Source: an uncultured Gemmatimonadales bacterium
GTDB taxonomy: Bacteria > Gemmatimonadota > Gemmatimonadetes > Longimicrobiales > RSA9
Assembly: GCA_963798085.1 (NCBI GenBank)
Contig: CAWCRS010000007.1
Coordinates: 64,001 to 128,000 of the forward strand
DNA length: 64,000 nt
Reading direction: 5' to 3'
Numbering within the stretch: the first letter of the stretch is position 1; every line of letters starts with the position of its first letter. The notes below the pieces were generated by a model, which worked only from the letters and a program-made list of their open reading frames with translations, made no database searches and was not told the origin of the DNA. The position numbers and the translations under genes were made by a program. Positions 44,679 through 54,475 of this stretch are shown here, one piece after another.

Positions 44679-45710
44679 TCAGGCCGGCAGGCGCGCGGAT
44701 TTCCCCGCATCATCACTCCCCGCGCCCGCACTCTCCACGCTGACGATGTCCGGTGGCGTGGCTCCCGCGAAGCAGGCACGCAGGTTGGCGAGGACGCGGA
44801 GGCCCATGGCGGTGCGCGTTTCCAGTGTGGCGCTGCCGATGTGTGGCAGTAACACGACGTTTGGCGCGGCCAGCAGTGCGGGGGACACGCGGGGCTCGTT
44901 CTCGTAGACGTCCAGGCCGGCGCCCGCGATGCGGCCCGACTGCAGCGCAGCGACCAGGGCCGCTTCGTCGAGCAGCTCGCCGCGTGCGGTGTTGATGACG
45001 ACGGCGTGCGGGCGGAGGCGAGCCAGGCGCGAGTCATCCAGCAGGTGGTGCGTGGCGGGTGTCGCCGGTGCGTGCAGCGAGACAACGTCGCATTCCTCGA
45101 GCACGTCCTCGACGGACGCGCGCGGCTCGGCGCCCAGTGCCGCGCAGGTTTCGGGCGAGGGCGGGTGTGGTGTGTGGAAGAGCACGCGCATGCCGAAGCC
45201 CGCGCTGGCTCGCCTGGCCACGGCGCGGCCAATCCGCCCGAACCCGATGAGGCCGAGCGTCTTCCCGGAAACGCGCGTGCCGAAGATGTGCACGGGGCGC
45301 CAGCCAGCCCACTCGCCGGCGCGCAGCTCATGCTCGGCATCGCCCAGCCGACGCATGACCGCGAGCATGAGCGCCATCGTGAGGTCCGCGGTGCAGTCGG
45401 TCAGAACACCGGGCGTGTTGGTGACGACCAGACCGCGCGCCCGTGCCGCCCCGAGGTCGATGTGGTCCGTGCCCACACCGAAGTTCGCAATGATGCGGGC
45501 GCGCAGTGGCGAGGCGTCCATGGCGGCTGCTGTGACGCGGTCACCGATCGTTGGAATGACGGCGTCAGCTTCGGCAAACGCGATGCGCAGGGCGGACTCG
45601 TCCAGCCGCTCGTCCGACAGGTTCCCTCGCGTATCGAACTCGCGCGCCAGCGCGGCTTCCACTGCCACTGGCATGCGGCGGGTGGCGAACACGACAGGTT
45701 TCTGCTGCAT
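44679..45710 (-). CDS. D-2-hydroxyacid dehydrogenase (glyoxylate/hydroxypyruvate reductase)
   Basis: NFGVG.D, NTPGVLT, GFGRIG, INTARG, GLDVYENEP, PHIGSAT. Confidence 0.92.
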   Translation of the reverse strand: MQQKPVVFATRRMPVAVEAALAREFDTRGNLSDERLDESALRIAFAEADAVIPTIGDRVTAAAMDASPLRARIIANFGVGTDHIDLGAARARGLVVTNTPGVLTDCTADLTMALMLAVMRRLGDAEHELRAGEWAGWRPVHIFGTRVSGKTLGLIGFGRIGRAVARRASAGFGMRVLFHTPHPPSPETCAALGAEPRASVEDVLEECDVVSLHAPATPATHHLLDDSRLARLRPHAVVINTARGELLDEAALVAALQSGRIAGAGLDVYENEPRVSPALLAAPNVVLLPHIGSATLETRTAMGLRVLANLRACFAGATPPDIVSVESAGAGSDDAGKSARLPA

Positions 45711-45889
45711 GCGACGCTCCTCCTCCTTCTGCCGGGCGCATCCGCGGCGCTTGCCGGTGGCCATGGGCGCATGACGGCCCGGCCGCGTGCGCCGGCCCGG
45801 GCCTCGCCGGACACGGGCGGGGTGAGTATAGTGCAGAGCGAAGTAGCACGCGTGGCCTCGCCGCGCAGCCCCGACCCAGGTCGCTAACC

Positions 45890-46577
45890 GTGCAACAGGC
45901 CTGCTTCGACCCGGATACGTTCGCCTTCCTGCGCGAGCTGAAGCTGAACAACGCGCGCGAGTGGTTCGAGCGCAACAAGTCGCGTTATCGGAAGAGCGTG
46001 CAGGAGCCGGCGGTCCGTTTCGTCACCGCCTTTGCGCCACAGCTGCGCCAGATCAGTACGCATTTCCGCGCCGATCCCCGGCCGGTGGGTGGCTCGATCT
46101 TCCGCATCTATCGCGACACGCGATTCTCGCGCGACAAGAGCCCCTACAAGACGCATCTCGGCATCCATTTCCGGCACGACGGCGGCAAGGATGCACACAC
46201 GCCCGGTTACTACCTGCACATCGAGCCGGGCTCCGTGTTCGTGGGCATGGGCATTCTGGCAGCCGGACAGCGCCTCGCTCAAGTGTGTACGCGATCACAT
46301 TGTCGAGGATCCCGTGGGCTGGAAGCGCGCAGCCCACAGCACGGCGCTGCGCGAACGCTTCGAGATGACCGGCGAGTCACTCGTGCGTGTGCCGGCCGGT
46401 TACGACGCGCAACACCAGCACATCGCGGACCTGAAGCGAAAGGACTACGTCGTGCTGGCGCACATGGAAGAGCAGGATGCGCTGCGCGCGGACTTCCTCG
46501 AGCTGTTCACCGGGCACTGCCGCGCGGGTTCGCCGTTCATGCGCTTTCTCTGCGCGGCGCTGGACGTGCCCTTCTGA
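45890..46577 (+). CDS. DUF2461/TIGR02453 family protein (frameshift near 46255)
   Basis: NNAREWF, IFRIYRDTRFSRDKSPYK, YYLHIEP. Confidence 0.85.
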
Positions 46578-46593
46578 TCGGCGCAGCCCCGCC

Positions 46594-47940
46594 ATGTCCA
46601 CCGATCGCGAACGGTTGCTGCAGCTGTTTCAGGCAGCGGTGCAGGCGGCAGACCCGGGTCGCGCGCTGGCGAGCTCACTCGATGAGGCAGGGATCGACGG
46701 TACGGACCGCACCTGGCTGCTGGCGCTGGGCAAGGCTGCGCCGCGCATGGCTAACGCCGCGGTAGCATGGCTGTCGGCGCGCGGCCTGGAGCCTGCCGGT
46801 GGTGTGGTGGTGGCAGCCGAGGCGTCGGAGCCGCCGCACGCCGCACTGACGGTCGTGCGCGGCGACCACCCGTTGCCCGGCGCCAATTCGCTGCACGCCG
46901 CGCAGGCGCTGGAAGATGTGGTGCACCGGGTGCAGCCCCGCGACGAGGTCTGGGTCCTGCTTTCCGGCGGTACCAGCAGCCTGCTCGCGTCGCCGGTGCG
47001 CGGCATCACACCCGAGGAGCTGCACGACGCGTACGCGGTGCTGCTCGGCTCGGGGCTCGACATCGCCGCCATGAATCGCGTACGCAAACGCATCAGCCGC
47101 TGGGCCGGCGGCCGGCTGGCAGTGGCGCTGGCGCACGCACGCGTGCGCGTGTTCGTTGTCTCCAATGTTGCAGGCGACAATGTTGCCTCCGTTGGTTCCG
47201 GCCCGTGTGCACCGGATCCGTCGACCGCCATCAACGTGCGTGCGTTGCTCGATGAGGCGGATCTGCTGGAGCGCCTGCCGGCGTCGGTGCTGGATGTGCT
47301 CGAGCGCACTGCCAGGCGCATGCTGCCCGAGACGCCCAAGCCGGCGGACCCCGCCTTCCGCACGGTCACGACCGCACTCATTGCGAGCAACCGTGTGGCG
47401 CTCGACGCGGCGGCCGCGGCCGCGCGCGCCGCAGGACTGCAGGTGCGCGTGCGTCGCCGCCCACTCTCGGGCGACGCGGCCCGCTGCGGCCAGGCCATCG
47501 CGCGCCGGCTGCTGGAGGGCGAGCGGGCGGAGGCAGACGCCGGTGGCGGCGCCGCCGAGGCCAGTCCCGAACAGCCGGTTTGCTACTGCGCCGGCGGCGA
47601 AACTGTGGTCACGCTCGAGGAAGGCGTCGACGCGGGCAGGGGTGGTCGCTGTCAGGAACTGGCGCTGGCCGCGGCCGGCGTGCTGGCACAGGCCGTCGCA
47701 CCGCGCGTCACGCTGCTGGCCGCCGGCACCGATGGTCGCGACGGTCCGACCAATGCCGCCGGCGCCGTCGTCGACAACTCCACGTGGTCACGCATCCAGG
47801 AGACCGGCCAGGATCCCGCGACGCTGCTCGCCGCGCACGACGCCTACCGCGCACTGGGCGCCGCCGGCGCGCTGATCCGTACCGGCCCGACCGGTACCAA
47901 CGTGATGGATGTCGTGCTGGCGCTGGTGCAACCCGCATGA
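46594..47940 (+). CDS. Glycerate 2-kinase (DUF4147/MOFRL)
   Basis: LGKAA, GDHPLP, LSGG.SSL, GGETVV, GGRCQE, GTDGRDG, TGPTGTNVMD. Confidence 0.92.
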   Translation: MSTDRERLLQLFQAAVQAADPGRALASSLDEAGIDGTDRTWLLALGKAAPRMANAAVAWLSARGLEPAGGVVVAAEASEPPHAALTVVRGDHPLPGANSLHAAQALEDVVHRVQPRDEVWVLLSGGTSSLLASPVRGITPEELHDAYAVLLGSGLDIAAMNRVRKRISRWAGGRLAVALAHARVRVFVVSNVAGDNVASVGSGPCAPDPSTAINVRALLDEADLLERLPASVLDVLERTARRMLPETPKPADPAFRTVTTALIASNRVALDAAAAAARAAGLQVRVRRRPLSGDAARCGQAIARRLLEGERAEADAGGGAAEASPEQPVCYCAGGETVVTLEEGVDAGRGGRCQELALAAAGVLAQAVAPRVTLLAAGTDGRDGPTNAAGAVVDNSTWSRIQETGQDPATLLAAHDAYRALGAAGALIRTGPTGTNVMDVVLALVQPA

Positions 47941-48962
47941 CACGCGCGTGGCCGCATCTTTTCAAACACACTGTTATCGTGCTTGCGGGCGGCCTGCTGC
48001 AGGCCGGCGGCGCCCGCGCGCAGCAGCTTCGTGTGCGCGTGCACGATGCCGAGGGCCGGCCCATCCCGCGCGCCGAAGTCGAGGTGCTGCTGGTGGCGTG
48101 GGGCGATATCCGCCGCGTGCCCATCCAGACCACGGGCGGGGTGGCACTCGTGCCGCTCAGCAATGGCTGGCTGAAACAGCAGTGGCCCGAGCGCTACCGC
48201 GACGTGGCGAACGCATTCGTCTACGTGCACGCGACCGGCCACGCGTCGGCGCTGTCGCGTCCGTTCGAGTACGCGGAGCCTGCGGTGCAGCCCGCTGACA
48301 CCGTGCGGGTTGCGTTCTCGAACGTGCGCGCAGCCGTGGCCGGCACCGGCGAGGGCGTGCTGACCCTCGTGCTTCCGCCCGCGGGGCTGCGTACGCTGAC
48401 ATTCGTGGATGATGCGGGTAAACCCGCGGCGGGCGTGCTGGTGCAGGCAAACATGTTCTGGTCGGATTCCAACCATTGCGGCGCGCTGGCGGGCGCCGAC
48501 TCGCTGATCGCGGCGGTCACCGATGCCCAGGGCCGGCTGCGCGTGCCCGACGGTGACATCGACTACGCGCTCGCGCTGCTCGATCGCGCGTGGGTCTTCG
48601 ACGAGCTGCGTACCGCGGACAGCGCGCGCACCATCCTCAAGCGGCGCATCGCCACACGCGAAGCCCGCCTCGCGCTGCACCATCTGGCGAGCGTGAATGT
48701 CGAGCTGCACGTGACCGAAGGTGAAACGCCGGCCGGCGGACTGGAACTCGTCGCGCGCGTTGCCGATTGTCCGTGCGGCGCCTGTTCCGGCTCACTGGGC
48801 AGGACCGATGCACAGGGCCGTCTGAGCCTCACCGGTTTTCACGCCGAAGAGTATGACGAGGTGAAGCTGGTGGACGCGGCCGGCCGCGTGCGCTGGCAGG
48901 GCAGAGCCACGGACTGGCTGCCGGGCGGCGTCATCGCGATCCGCCTGCGCAGCACACCCTGA
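47937..48962 (+). CDS. Hypothetical secreted protein with beta-sandwich (TDxxG) repeats
   Basis: Signal peptide; D..GRPI, TDAQGR twice; CPCGACSG. Confidence 0.65.
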   Translation: MTRAWPHLFKHTVIVLAGGLLQAGGARAQQLRVRVHDAEGRPIPRAEVEVLLVAWGDIRRVPIQTTGGVALVPLSNGWLKQQWPERYRDVANAFVYVHATGHASALSRPFEYAEPAVQPADTVRVAFSNVRAAVAGTGEGVLTLVLPPAGLRTLTFVDDAGKPAAGVLVQANMFWSDSNHCGALAGADSLIAAVTDAQGRLRVPDGDIDYALALLDRAWVFDELRTADSARTILKRRIATREARLALHHLASVNVELHVTEGETPAGGLELVARVADCPCGACSGSLGRTDAQGRLSLTGFHAEEYDEVKLVDAAGRVRWQGRATDWLPGGVIAIRLRSTP

Positions 48963-48972
48963 GGGAGAAACC

Positions 48973-49335
48973 ATGCTGGAGAAGGTGAATCTGCATCACA
49001 AGTTCTCGCTCTTCACGGAGCAGTGGAGCCCGCGCGTGGCGGGCGAACTGAATGGCCAGCAGGTAAAGCTGGCGAAGCTGCAGGGTGAGTTCGTCTGGCA
49101 TCAGCACGAGCATGAGGACGAGCTGTTCCTCGTGCTGCGTGGCCGCCTGCGGCTCGAGTTGCGCGATGGCGTCGTGGAACTGTCGCCCGGCGAGTTCGTC
49201 ATTGTGCCCCGTGGCGTCGAGCACCGGCCGGTAGCCGAGGAGGAAACGCACATCATGCTGTTCGAGCCGGCGTCCACGCTGAACACCGGCAATATCGTCA
49301 ACGAACGGACTGTGTCCGGGCTGGCGCGCATCTGA
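48973..49335 (+). CDS. Cupin domain protein
   Basis: GEFVWHQHEHEDELF, VPRGVEHRP. Confidence 0.92.
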   Translation: MLEKVNLHHKFSLFTEQWSPRVAGELNGQQVKLAKLQGEFVWHQHEHEDELFLVLRGRLRLELRDGVVELSPGEFVIVPRGVEHRPVAEEETHIMLFEPASTLNTGNIVNERTVSGLARI

Positions 49336-49337
49336 GC

Positions 49338-50096
49338 ATGTATCGCCGCCTGGAGGAGAGTCAGATCCTGCACACGCTGGGTGTGCTGTCGCAGCGCATC
49401 GAGGAGCGCTTTCCCGGCTCGGGCCTGGGCAAGGTCTGTCGCGAGCTGCAGACCACGGCGCGGGAGGCGATGGACAACTTCGAATGGCTGCGCCGCCCCA
49501 TCTGGCCGGTGCGCATCGGTGTCACGCTGTTCATTGGCACACTGCTCGTACTGCTGGGCGCGCTGCTCGTCGCCGCTTTCCGCTCGCCTGTGGCCGCCGC
49601 GCTCAATCAGGTGCCGGCGGACAACCCGGGCGGCCTCTCGGAGTTCCTGCAGGGCGTGGAAGCACTGGTCAACGACATGGTGTTCATCGGCATCGCCATT
49701 TGGTTCGCACTGACGCTGGAAAGTCGGCTCAAGCGGCGGCGCGCGCTGCGTGCCATCCACGAGCTGCGCAGCATCGCGCACATCGTGGACATGCACCAGC
49801 TGACCAAGGATCCGGAACACCTGCTCAGCGCGCCTGCTAACACTGCGTCATCACCCACGCGTAACATGACGCGCGATCAGCTGGGGCGCTACCTGGACTA
49901 CTGCTCCGAGATGCTCAGCATTGCCAGCAAGCTGGCCGCGCTGTACGTGCAGAATTTCGCCGACCCGGTGGTGCTCGATGCCGTGGCCGAAGTGGAGACG
50001 CTGGCCACCGGGCTGTCCGGCAAGATCTGGCAGAAGATCAGCCTGATGCCGCCGCTCAGGGCCGAGCAGCCGGCTGCCGTCCAGGACAGCGCCTGA
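49338..50096 (+). CDS. Conserved hypothetical membrane protein
   Basis: RI.ERFPGSGL, two TM segments, HIVDMHQLTKDP, RYLDYCSEML. Confidence 0.78.
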   Translation: MYRRLEESQILHTLGVLSQRIEERFPGSGLGKVCRELQTTAREAMDNFEWLRRPIWPVRIGVTLFIGTLLVLLGALLVAAFRSPVAAALNQVPADNPGGLSEFLQGVEALVNDMVFIGIAIWFALTLESRLKRRRALRAIHELRSIAHIVDMHQLTKDPEHLLSAPANTASSPTRNMTRDQLGRYLDYCSEMLSIASKLAALYVQNFADPVVLDAVAEVETLATGLSGKIWQKISLMPPLRAEQPAAVQDSA

Positions 50097-50211
50097 TCCT
50101 GCCGCGTTGCGGGAACTATTCCGCGCGCGGAGACGGAAAAAACCTGACAGACGCGCACCCGGCGCGAACGCATTACTGAAATGGCGGATGCGGACGCGAA
50201 AGGAGGGCGCC

Positions 50212-50517
50212 ATGTCGGCCCGGGCACTTTCGGACATTCTGATCTTCCTGGTACTGGTCGGAATCGGCTTCGTCTTCATTCGGCTGGAAGCCAATGCGCT
50301 GCAGCACTGGCGCGGGGTATGGCGCTGGCTGGCTGTGGCCCCGGCCGTGCTTGTCGCCTGGATCACGCTGGGCATTATCCTGAGCCCCGCAGCACACACG
50401 CTGTGGCAGATCGAGATCATTCTCTGGCTGGTGCCTGGCATGCTGCTGCTGCTGATCCTGCGCGGCGTGCTGCTGTATCGGACGCGCAGCCACGCCACAC
50501 CCGGCGCGCCCGGCTAG
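50212..50517 (+). CDS. Small hypothetical membrane protein
   Basis: AAGGAGG RBS; three hydrophobic segments. Confidence 0.6.
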   Translation: MSARALSDILIFLVLVGIGFVFIRLEANALQHWRGVWRWLAVAPAVLVAWITLGIILSPAAHTLWQIEIILWLVPGMLLLLILRGVLLYRTRSHATPGAPG

Positions 50518-50679
50518 CGCAGAGCGGCTGCGGCCGGAGGCATGCGCGCGGCGCGCCCGCGGCGGAACGCGGGCACGCGAGTGGGAACCATGAAACAGGC
50601 AGAGGCCGGGGAGCGGCAGGAGGCTGCGCTTCTAACGGAGGGTTAACGGGGACGTGACGCCAGCCCCCTGCCCGACCCC

Positions 50680-50695
50680 TGGCCGGATCCGGCCA
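50680..50695. terminator. 16-bp perfect palindrome between convergent genes (possible terminator)
   Basis: TGGCCGGATCCGGCCA; no U-tract. Confidence 0.3.
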
Positions 50696-50706
50696 CCGCG
50701 CAGGCT

Positions 50707-53700
50707 TCAGGCCGGCGCATTGCCGGTCTGCCCCTGCTGCAGTGTTTCCCGTACGCGGGCCACCAGTGACGCCGGCGTGAAGGGTTTCTCCAGGAGCGCA
50801 TCGCCGGGCTCGAGCATGCCCTGGCGGGTGGCGACTTCATCCGTGTATCCCGACATGAACAGCACCGCGAGCTCCGGGTGTGACTGCGCCAGTGCGTGTG
50901 CCAGCTCGCGCCCGTTCATTCCGGGCATGATGATATCCGTGAGCACCAGGTCGATGTGCGGCAGGCTGGCGCTCCGCTCGATGGCCTGGGCGCCATCGCG
51001 GGCTTCCACCACTTGATAGCCTACGCCGCGTAACGTACGCGCCGCGAGCGGGCGGACCACATCGTCGTCTTCCACCAGCAGCACGATCTCGCCGCGACCG
51101 TGCACGTCCGCCGTCGATGCCGCGGCCGCAGCTCCGGCCAGCAGCCGCGGCAGATAGATGCGGAAGGTCGTCCCCAGCCCCGGCTCGCTGGAGACGAAGA
51201 TGTGACCGCCGCTCTGTTTCACGATCCCGTACACCGAGCTGAGACCGAGGCCGCTGCCCTGTTCTGTACCGCCGCTTGCGAAGGGCTCGAAGATGTGTGC
51301 TCGCTCGCCTTCCGGAATGCCCGCGCCGGTATCGGAGACGGCAATCACGGCAAACTCGCCGGCCTCGATCTGGCCGAGGTGCTGCTCTTCGCCGGGCGCG
51401 ACCCTGAGCGTCGACACGCGCACCTCGAGTCGGCCGCCGCCGGGCATGGCATCGCGCGCGTTCACGGCGAGATTGAGCAGCACCTGGTCGAGCTGGGCGG
51501 GATCCGCGTGCACCAGCGCAGGCGAGTCCGGCAGTCGTACAGCCAGCTCGATGTCGTCGCCGATGAGCCGGCGCATCATGGGCACGACGCCCTCGACCAG
51601 GGCGACGATGTCCAGGTCACGCGGCCGCATCACCTGCCGGCGGCTGAACGCCAGCAGCTGCTGCGTCAGTGTGGCCGCGCGGTCCGCCGCCTTCTGGATT
51701 TCCTCGGCATCCTCGCGTCGCGGATCACCCAGGGGCAGCCCGGCGGCGAGGAACGACGAGTAGCCCTTGATGCCGGTGATCAGGTTGTTGAAGTCGTGCG
51801 CCACGCCCCCCGCCAGGCGGCCCACAGCGTCCATGCGCTGTGACTGGCGCGCCTGCTCTTCGAGCCTGCGCCTCGCCGTGACATCCTGCGCGATGCACAC
51901 GGCCGTACGCACTTCGCCCGCAGCGTCGAACTCGGGGTGCAGCCGGCAGATGAAGTGCTGCCGCTGGCCATCAGGCGCCACACGCGACAGCTCCACATCG
52001 CCGGTCGCGGCTTCGCGGAACACGCGTGTTACCGCTTCCTCGATCCTGCTGTAATGCTCGGCGAAGAACGTCTGGCAGCGCTGTGTCGCGGCTTCCGTGC
52101 TCGCCGCGGGAAGGCCGTCATAGCGCGCAATGGAGGGGCTGACGTAGAGGCAGCGCATGGCGCCATCGAAGCGCGCAATGATGTCCGGCGCACTCTCCAC
52201 GATGGCGCGATACTTCTCCTCGCTCTCGAGCAGCGCATCCTGCGCCGCGCGCAGGGCGGTGATATCGGTGAACGTCGTGTAGACCTGATAAGGCTGTGTT
52301 TGGCCGGGGCGGAACTGCGGGCGCGCGTGCACCAGCAGCCAGCGCCGGCGCTTTTCCCGGGCGTCCTGCACGCCCAGGATCACGCCATCCACTTCCCGGC
52401 CGGTGCGTAATGCGACCAGCGAGGGATGCTCGGCGGGCGGCAGCTCGCTGCCATCCTCGCGGATGGCCCGGAGCAGAGGATCGGCCGCCCCCCGCCCGTG
52501 CAGGTTCTCGAGCGGCACGCCCAGGATGCGCGCTGCGGCCGGATTCGCGCCCAGGATCTCGCCCGCGGCGTCCTGGTAGATGGCGCCCTGCGCCATGGTC
52601 TCGAACAGGGCCCAGTGACGCTCCTCCATGTCCTGGCGGGCGCGCTCCGCCTCGCGCAGCTGTGTCAGGTCCGAGATGGTGCCCAGCACGCGCAGCGGCT
52701 GACCCGCATCATCCCAGGCGACCACGCGGCCGGCGGAGAACAGCCACTTCACATCGCCGCTGCGCGTGCGCACCCGGAACTCCGCCTCGAAGGCGTCGCG
52801 CCGACCCGTCGCCAGGTCGTCGTGCAACACCAGCATGCGGGCCATGTCATCGGCGTGGATCAGGCTGCGCCAGCGGTCGAAGGACAGCTCGCGCACACTG
52901 CCCTCGAAACCCATCATCATCGCTAACTCGGGTGTCATGCTGATCACGCCCGAGCGCAGATCGCGATCGAACAGGCCCATGTTGGCGGCGCTCAGCGCCA
53001 GCCGCAGCCAGTCGCGCGTGTCGCGGATCTCCTGCTCCGTGCGCCGCGTCGCCGTCACATCGCGCGCCACTCCCTCGATGGCGATCAGCTGTCCCGCTTC
53101 GCGCACCGGGACCACGCGCAGCTCCACCCAGATGAGCCCGCCATCGCGGCGGGTCCAGCGCAGCAGCAGCGGCGCGTCGTAGGATTGGGGCCCCTGCCGC
53201 ATGATCTCTTCGATCTGCTGCCGATCGTCCGGGTGCGCCATGCGTACCAGCAGCTGCGGGTCCGCGTAGAGATCGTCGGGCGCGTAACCGGTAATCGCGT
53301 GCACTGCGGGACTGACATACTCGAACGCGGGGTCGGGCGCATTGCGGAAGCGGAAAATGATATCGGGCGCGTTCTCCGCGAGACGGCGGAACCGCTCTTC
53401 TGTTTCCTGCCGCGCACGTTCCGCGCGTTTCCGTTCCGTGATGTCCCGGGCAATGGCCGCAGCGCCAATGACCTGACCCGCATCATCGCGCACCGGCGCC
53501 ACGGCCACGGAAACGGAGATCAGCCGGCCATCCCGCGTCTGGCGTACGGTCTCGTAGTGCTCGACGTGGCCGCCCTCGCGAATGAGCGACAGGTTGCGTT
53601 CCATCTCGGACGCGAGGCCCAGCGGCGCCAGCATGAAGACGCCGCGGCCCACTGCCTCTTCCTCGCCGTAGCCGAAGAGAATGGCCGCGCCGCGGCTCCA

Positions 53701-54210
53701 GTTGCGGATGTGCCCGTTCAGGTCCGTCGTGTAAATGGCGTGTTCCGACGATTCCAGAACTGCGGCCAGCATGTGGCGTTCCGACGTGTCGCGAATCAGA
53801 CACAGGGCACAGTCACGGCCCTGCAGATCGCGAAACGCCGTCGCCACCACCACGCCCGTGAAGACCTCGCCGCTCCAGCGCCGCAGCCGCACGACGTGAT
53901 GCGCGCCGTCCGCAGTGGGCGTGCGACCCGGCTCGGGGGCGGCTTCGGCGAGCAGCCGGCTCCAGGGCGTGAGCCGGAGTACCTCGAGCGGCACCGCGAA
54001 GAGTCGTGACGCCGCGCCGTTCGCGTCGAGTATCGCACCGTCGGTCGCGACGATCAGCGTGGCATTGAGACTCTGTTCGAACAGCAGACGGAACAGCGAA
54101 TCGCTGCCAGCCGTGAGCGGCGGCCATGCACTCGCGGATGCAGCACTCTCTTGCCTTGTGGGTTGAACAACGACGGGGTCGCCGTGCGGCAGTCCCGGCT
54201 TCGAGGGCAT
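50707..54210 (-). CDS. Cytoplasmic multi-PAS hybrid histidine kinase (CckA-like)
   Basis: About six PAS/PAC modules; AHDFNN, NLAVNARDAM, DTGAG, GLGL; C-terminal REC (LTDIIMP). Start approximate. Confidence 0.92.
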   Translation of the reverse strand: MPSKPGLPHGDPVVVQPTRQESAASASAWPPLTAGSDSLFRLLFEQSLNATLIVATDGAILDANGAASRLFAVPLEVLRLTPWSRLLAEAAPEPGRTPTADGAHHVVRLRRWSGEVFTGVVVATAFRDLQGRDCALCLIRDTSERHMLAAVLESSEHAIYTTDLNGHIRNWSRGAAILFGYGEEEAVGRGVFMLAPLGLASEMERNLSLIREGGHVEHYETVRQTRDGRLISVSVAVAPVRDDAGQVIGAAAIARDITERKRAERARQETEERFRRLAENAPDIIFRFRNAPDPAFEYVSPAVHAITGYAPDDLYADPQLLVRMAHPDDRQQIEEIMRQGPQSYDAPLLLRWTRRDGGLIWVELRVVPVREAGQLIAIEGVARDVTATRRTEQEIRDTRDWLRLALSAANMGLFDRDLRSGVISMTPELAMMMGFEGSVRELSFDRWRSLIHADDMARMLVLHDDLATGRRDAFEAEFRVRTRSGDVKWLFSAGRVVAWDDAGQPLRVLGTISDLTQLREAERARQDMEERHWALFETMAQGAIYQDAAGEILGANPAAARILGVPLENLHGRGAADPLLRAIREDGSELPPAEHPSLVALRTGREVDGVILGVQDAREKRRRWLLVHARPQFRPGQTQPYQVYTTFTDITALRAAQDALLESEEKYRAIVESAPDIIARFDGAMRCLYVSPSIARYDGLPAASTEAATQRCQTFFAEHYSRIEEAVTRVFREAATGDVELSRVAPDGQRQHFICRLHPEFDAAGEVRTAVCIAQDVTARRRLEEQARQSQRMDAVGRLAGGVAHDFNNLITGIKGYSSFLAAGLPLGDPRREDAEEIQKAADRAATLTQQLLAFSRRQVMRPRDLDIVALVEGVVPMMRRLIGDDIELAVRLPDSPALVHADPAQLDQVLLNLAVNARDAMPGGGRLEVRVSTLRVAPGEEQHLGQIEAGEFAVIAVSDTGAGIPEGERAHIFEPFASGGTEQGSGLGLSSVYGIVKQSGGHIFVSSEPGLGTTFRIYLPRLLAGAAAAASTADVHGRGEIVLLVEDDDVVRPLAARTLRGVGYQVVEARDGAQAIERSASLPHIDLVLTDIIMPGMNGRELAHALAQSHPELAVLFMSGYTDEVATRQGMLEPGDALLEKPFTPASLVARVRETLQQGQTGNAPA

Positions 54211-54475
54211 CTTCACCTGCAGGAGCCACGGCCACTGCCGCAGGGGAGGGCGGCGCGCCGTGGTCTCATGGGATACAATTATCGGCCCGCTCACGTTCCC
54301 TGACTGTAGGCGGGCACCTGACGTCCGGGTCAGGGATTCCGCTCGCGTGAGCCGTTGCTGGCCGCAGCACGTCGGGTGGTGGCTTTGTACGGATGGCAGG
54401 CGACGATGCTGCTCCGGGTACCGGCCCGCCCGCCGCGAGCGCGCTGCGCCACGTTCCGCCACGGAGGCTTGTAAC

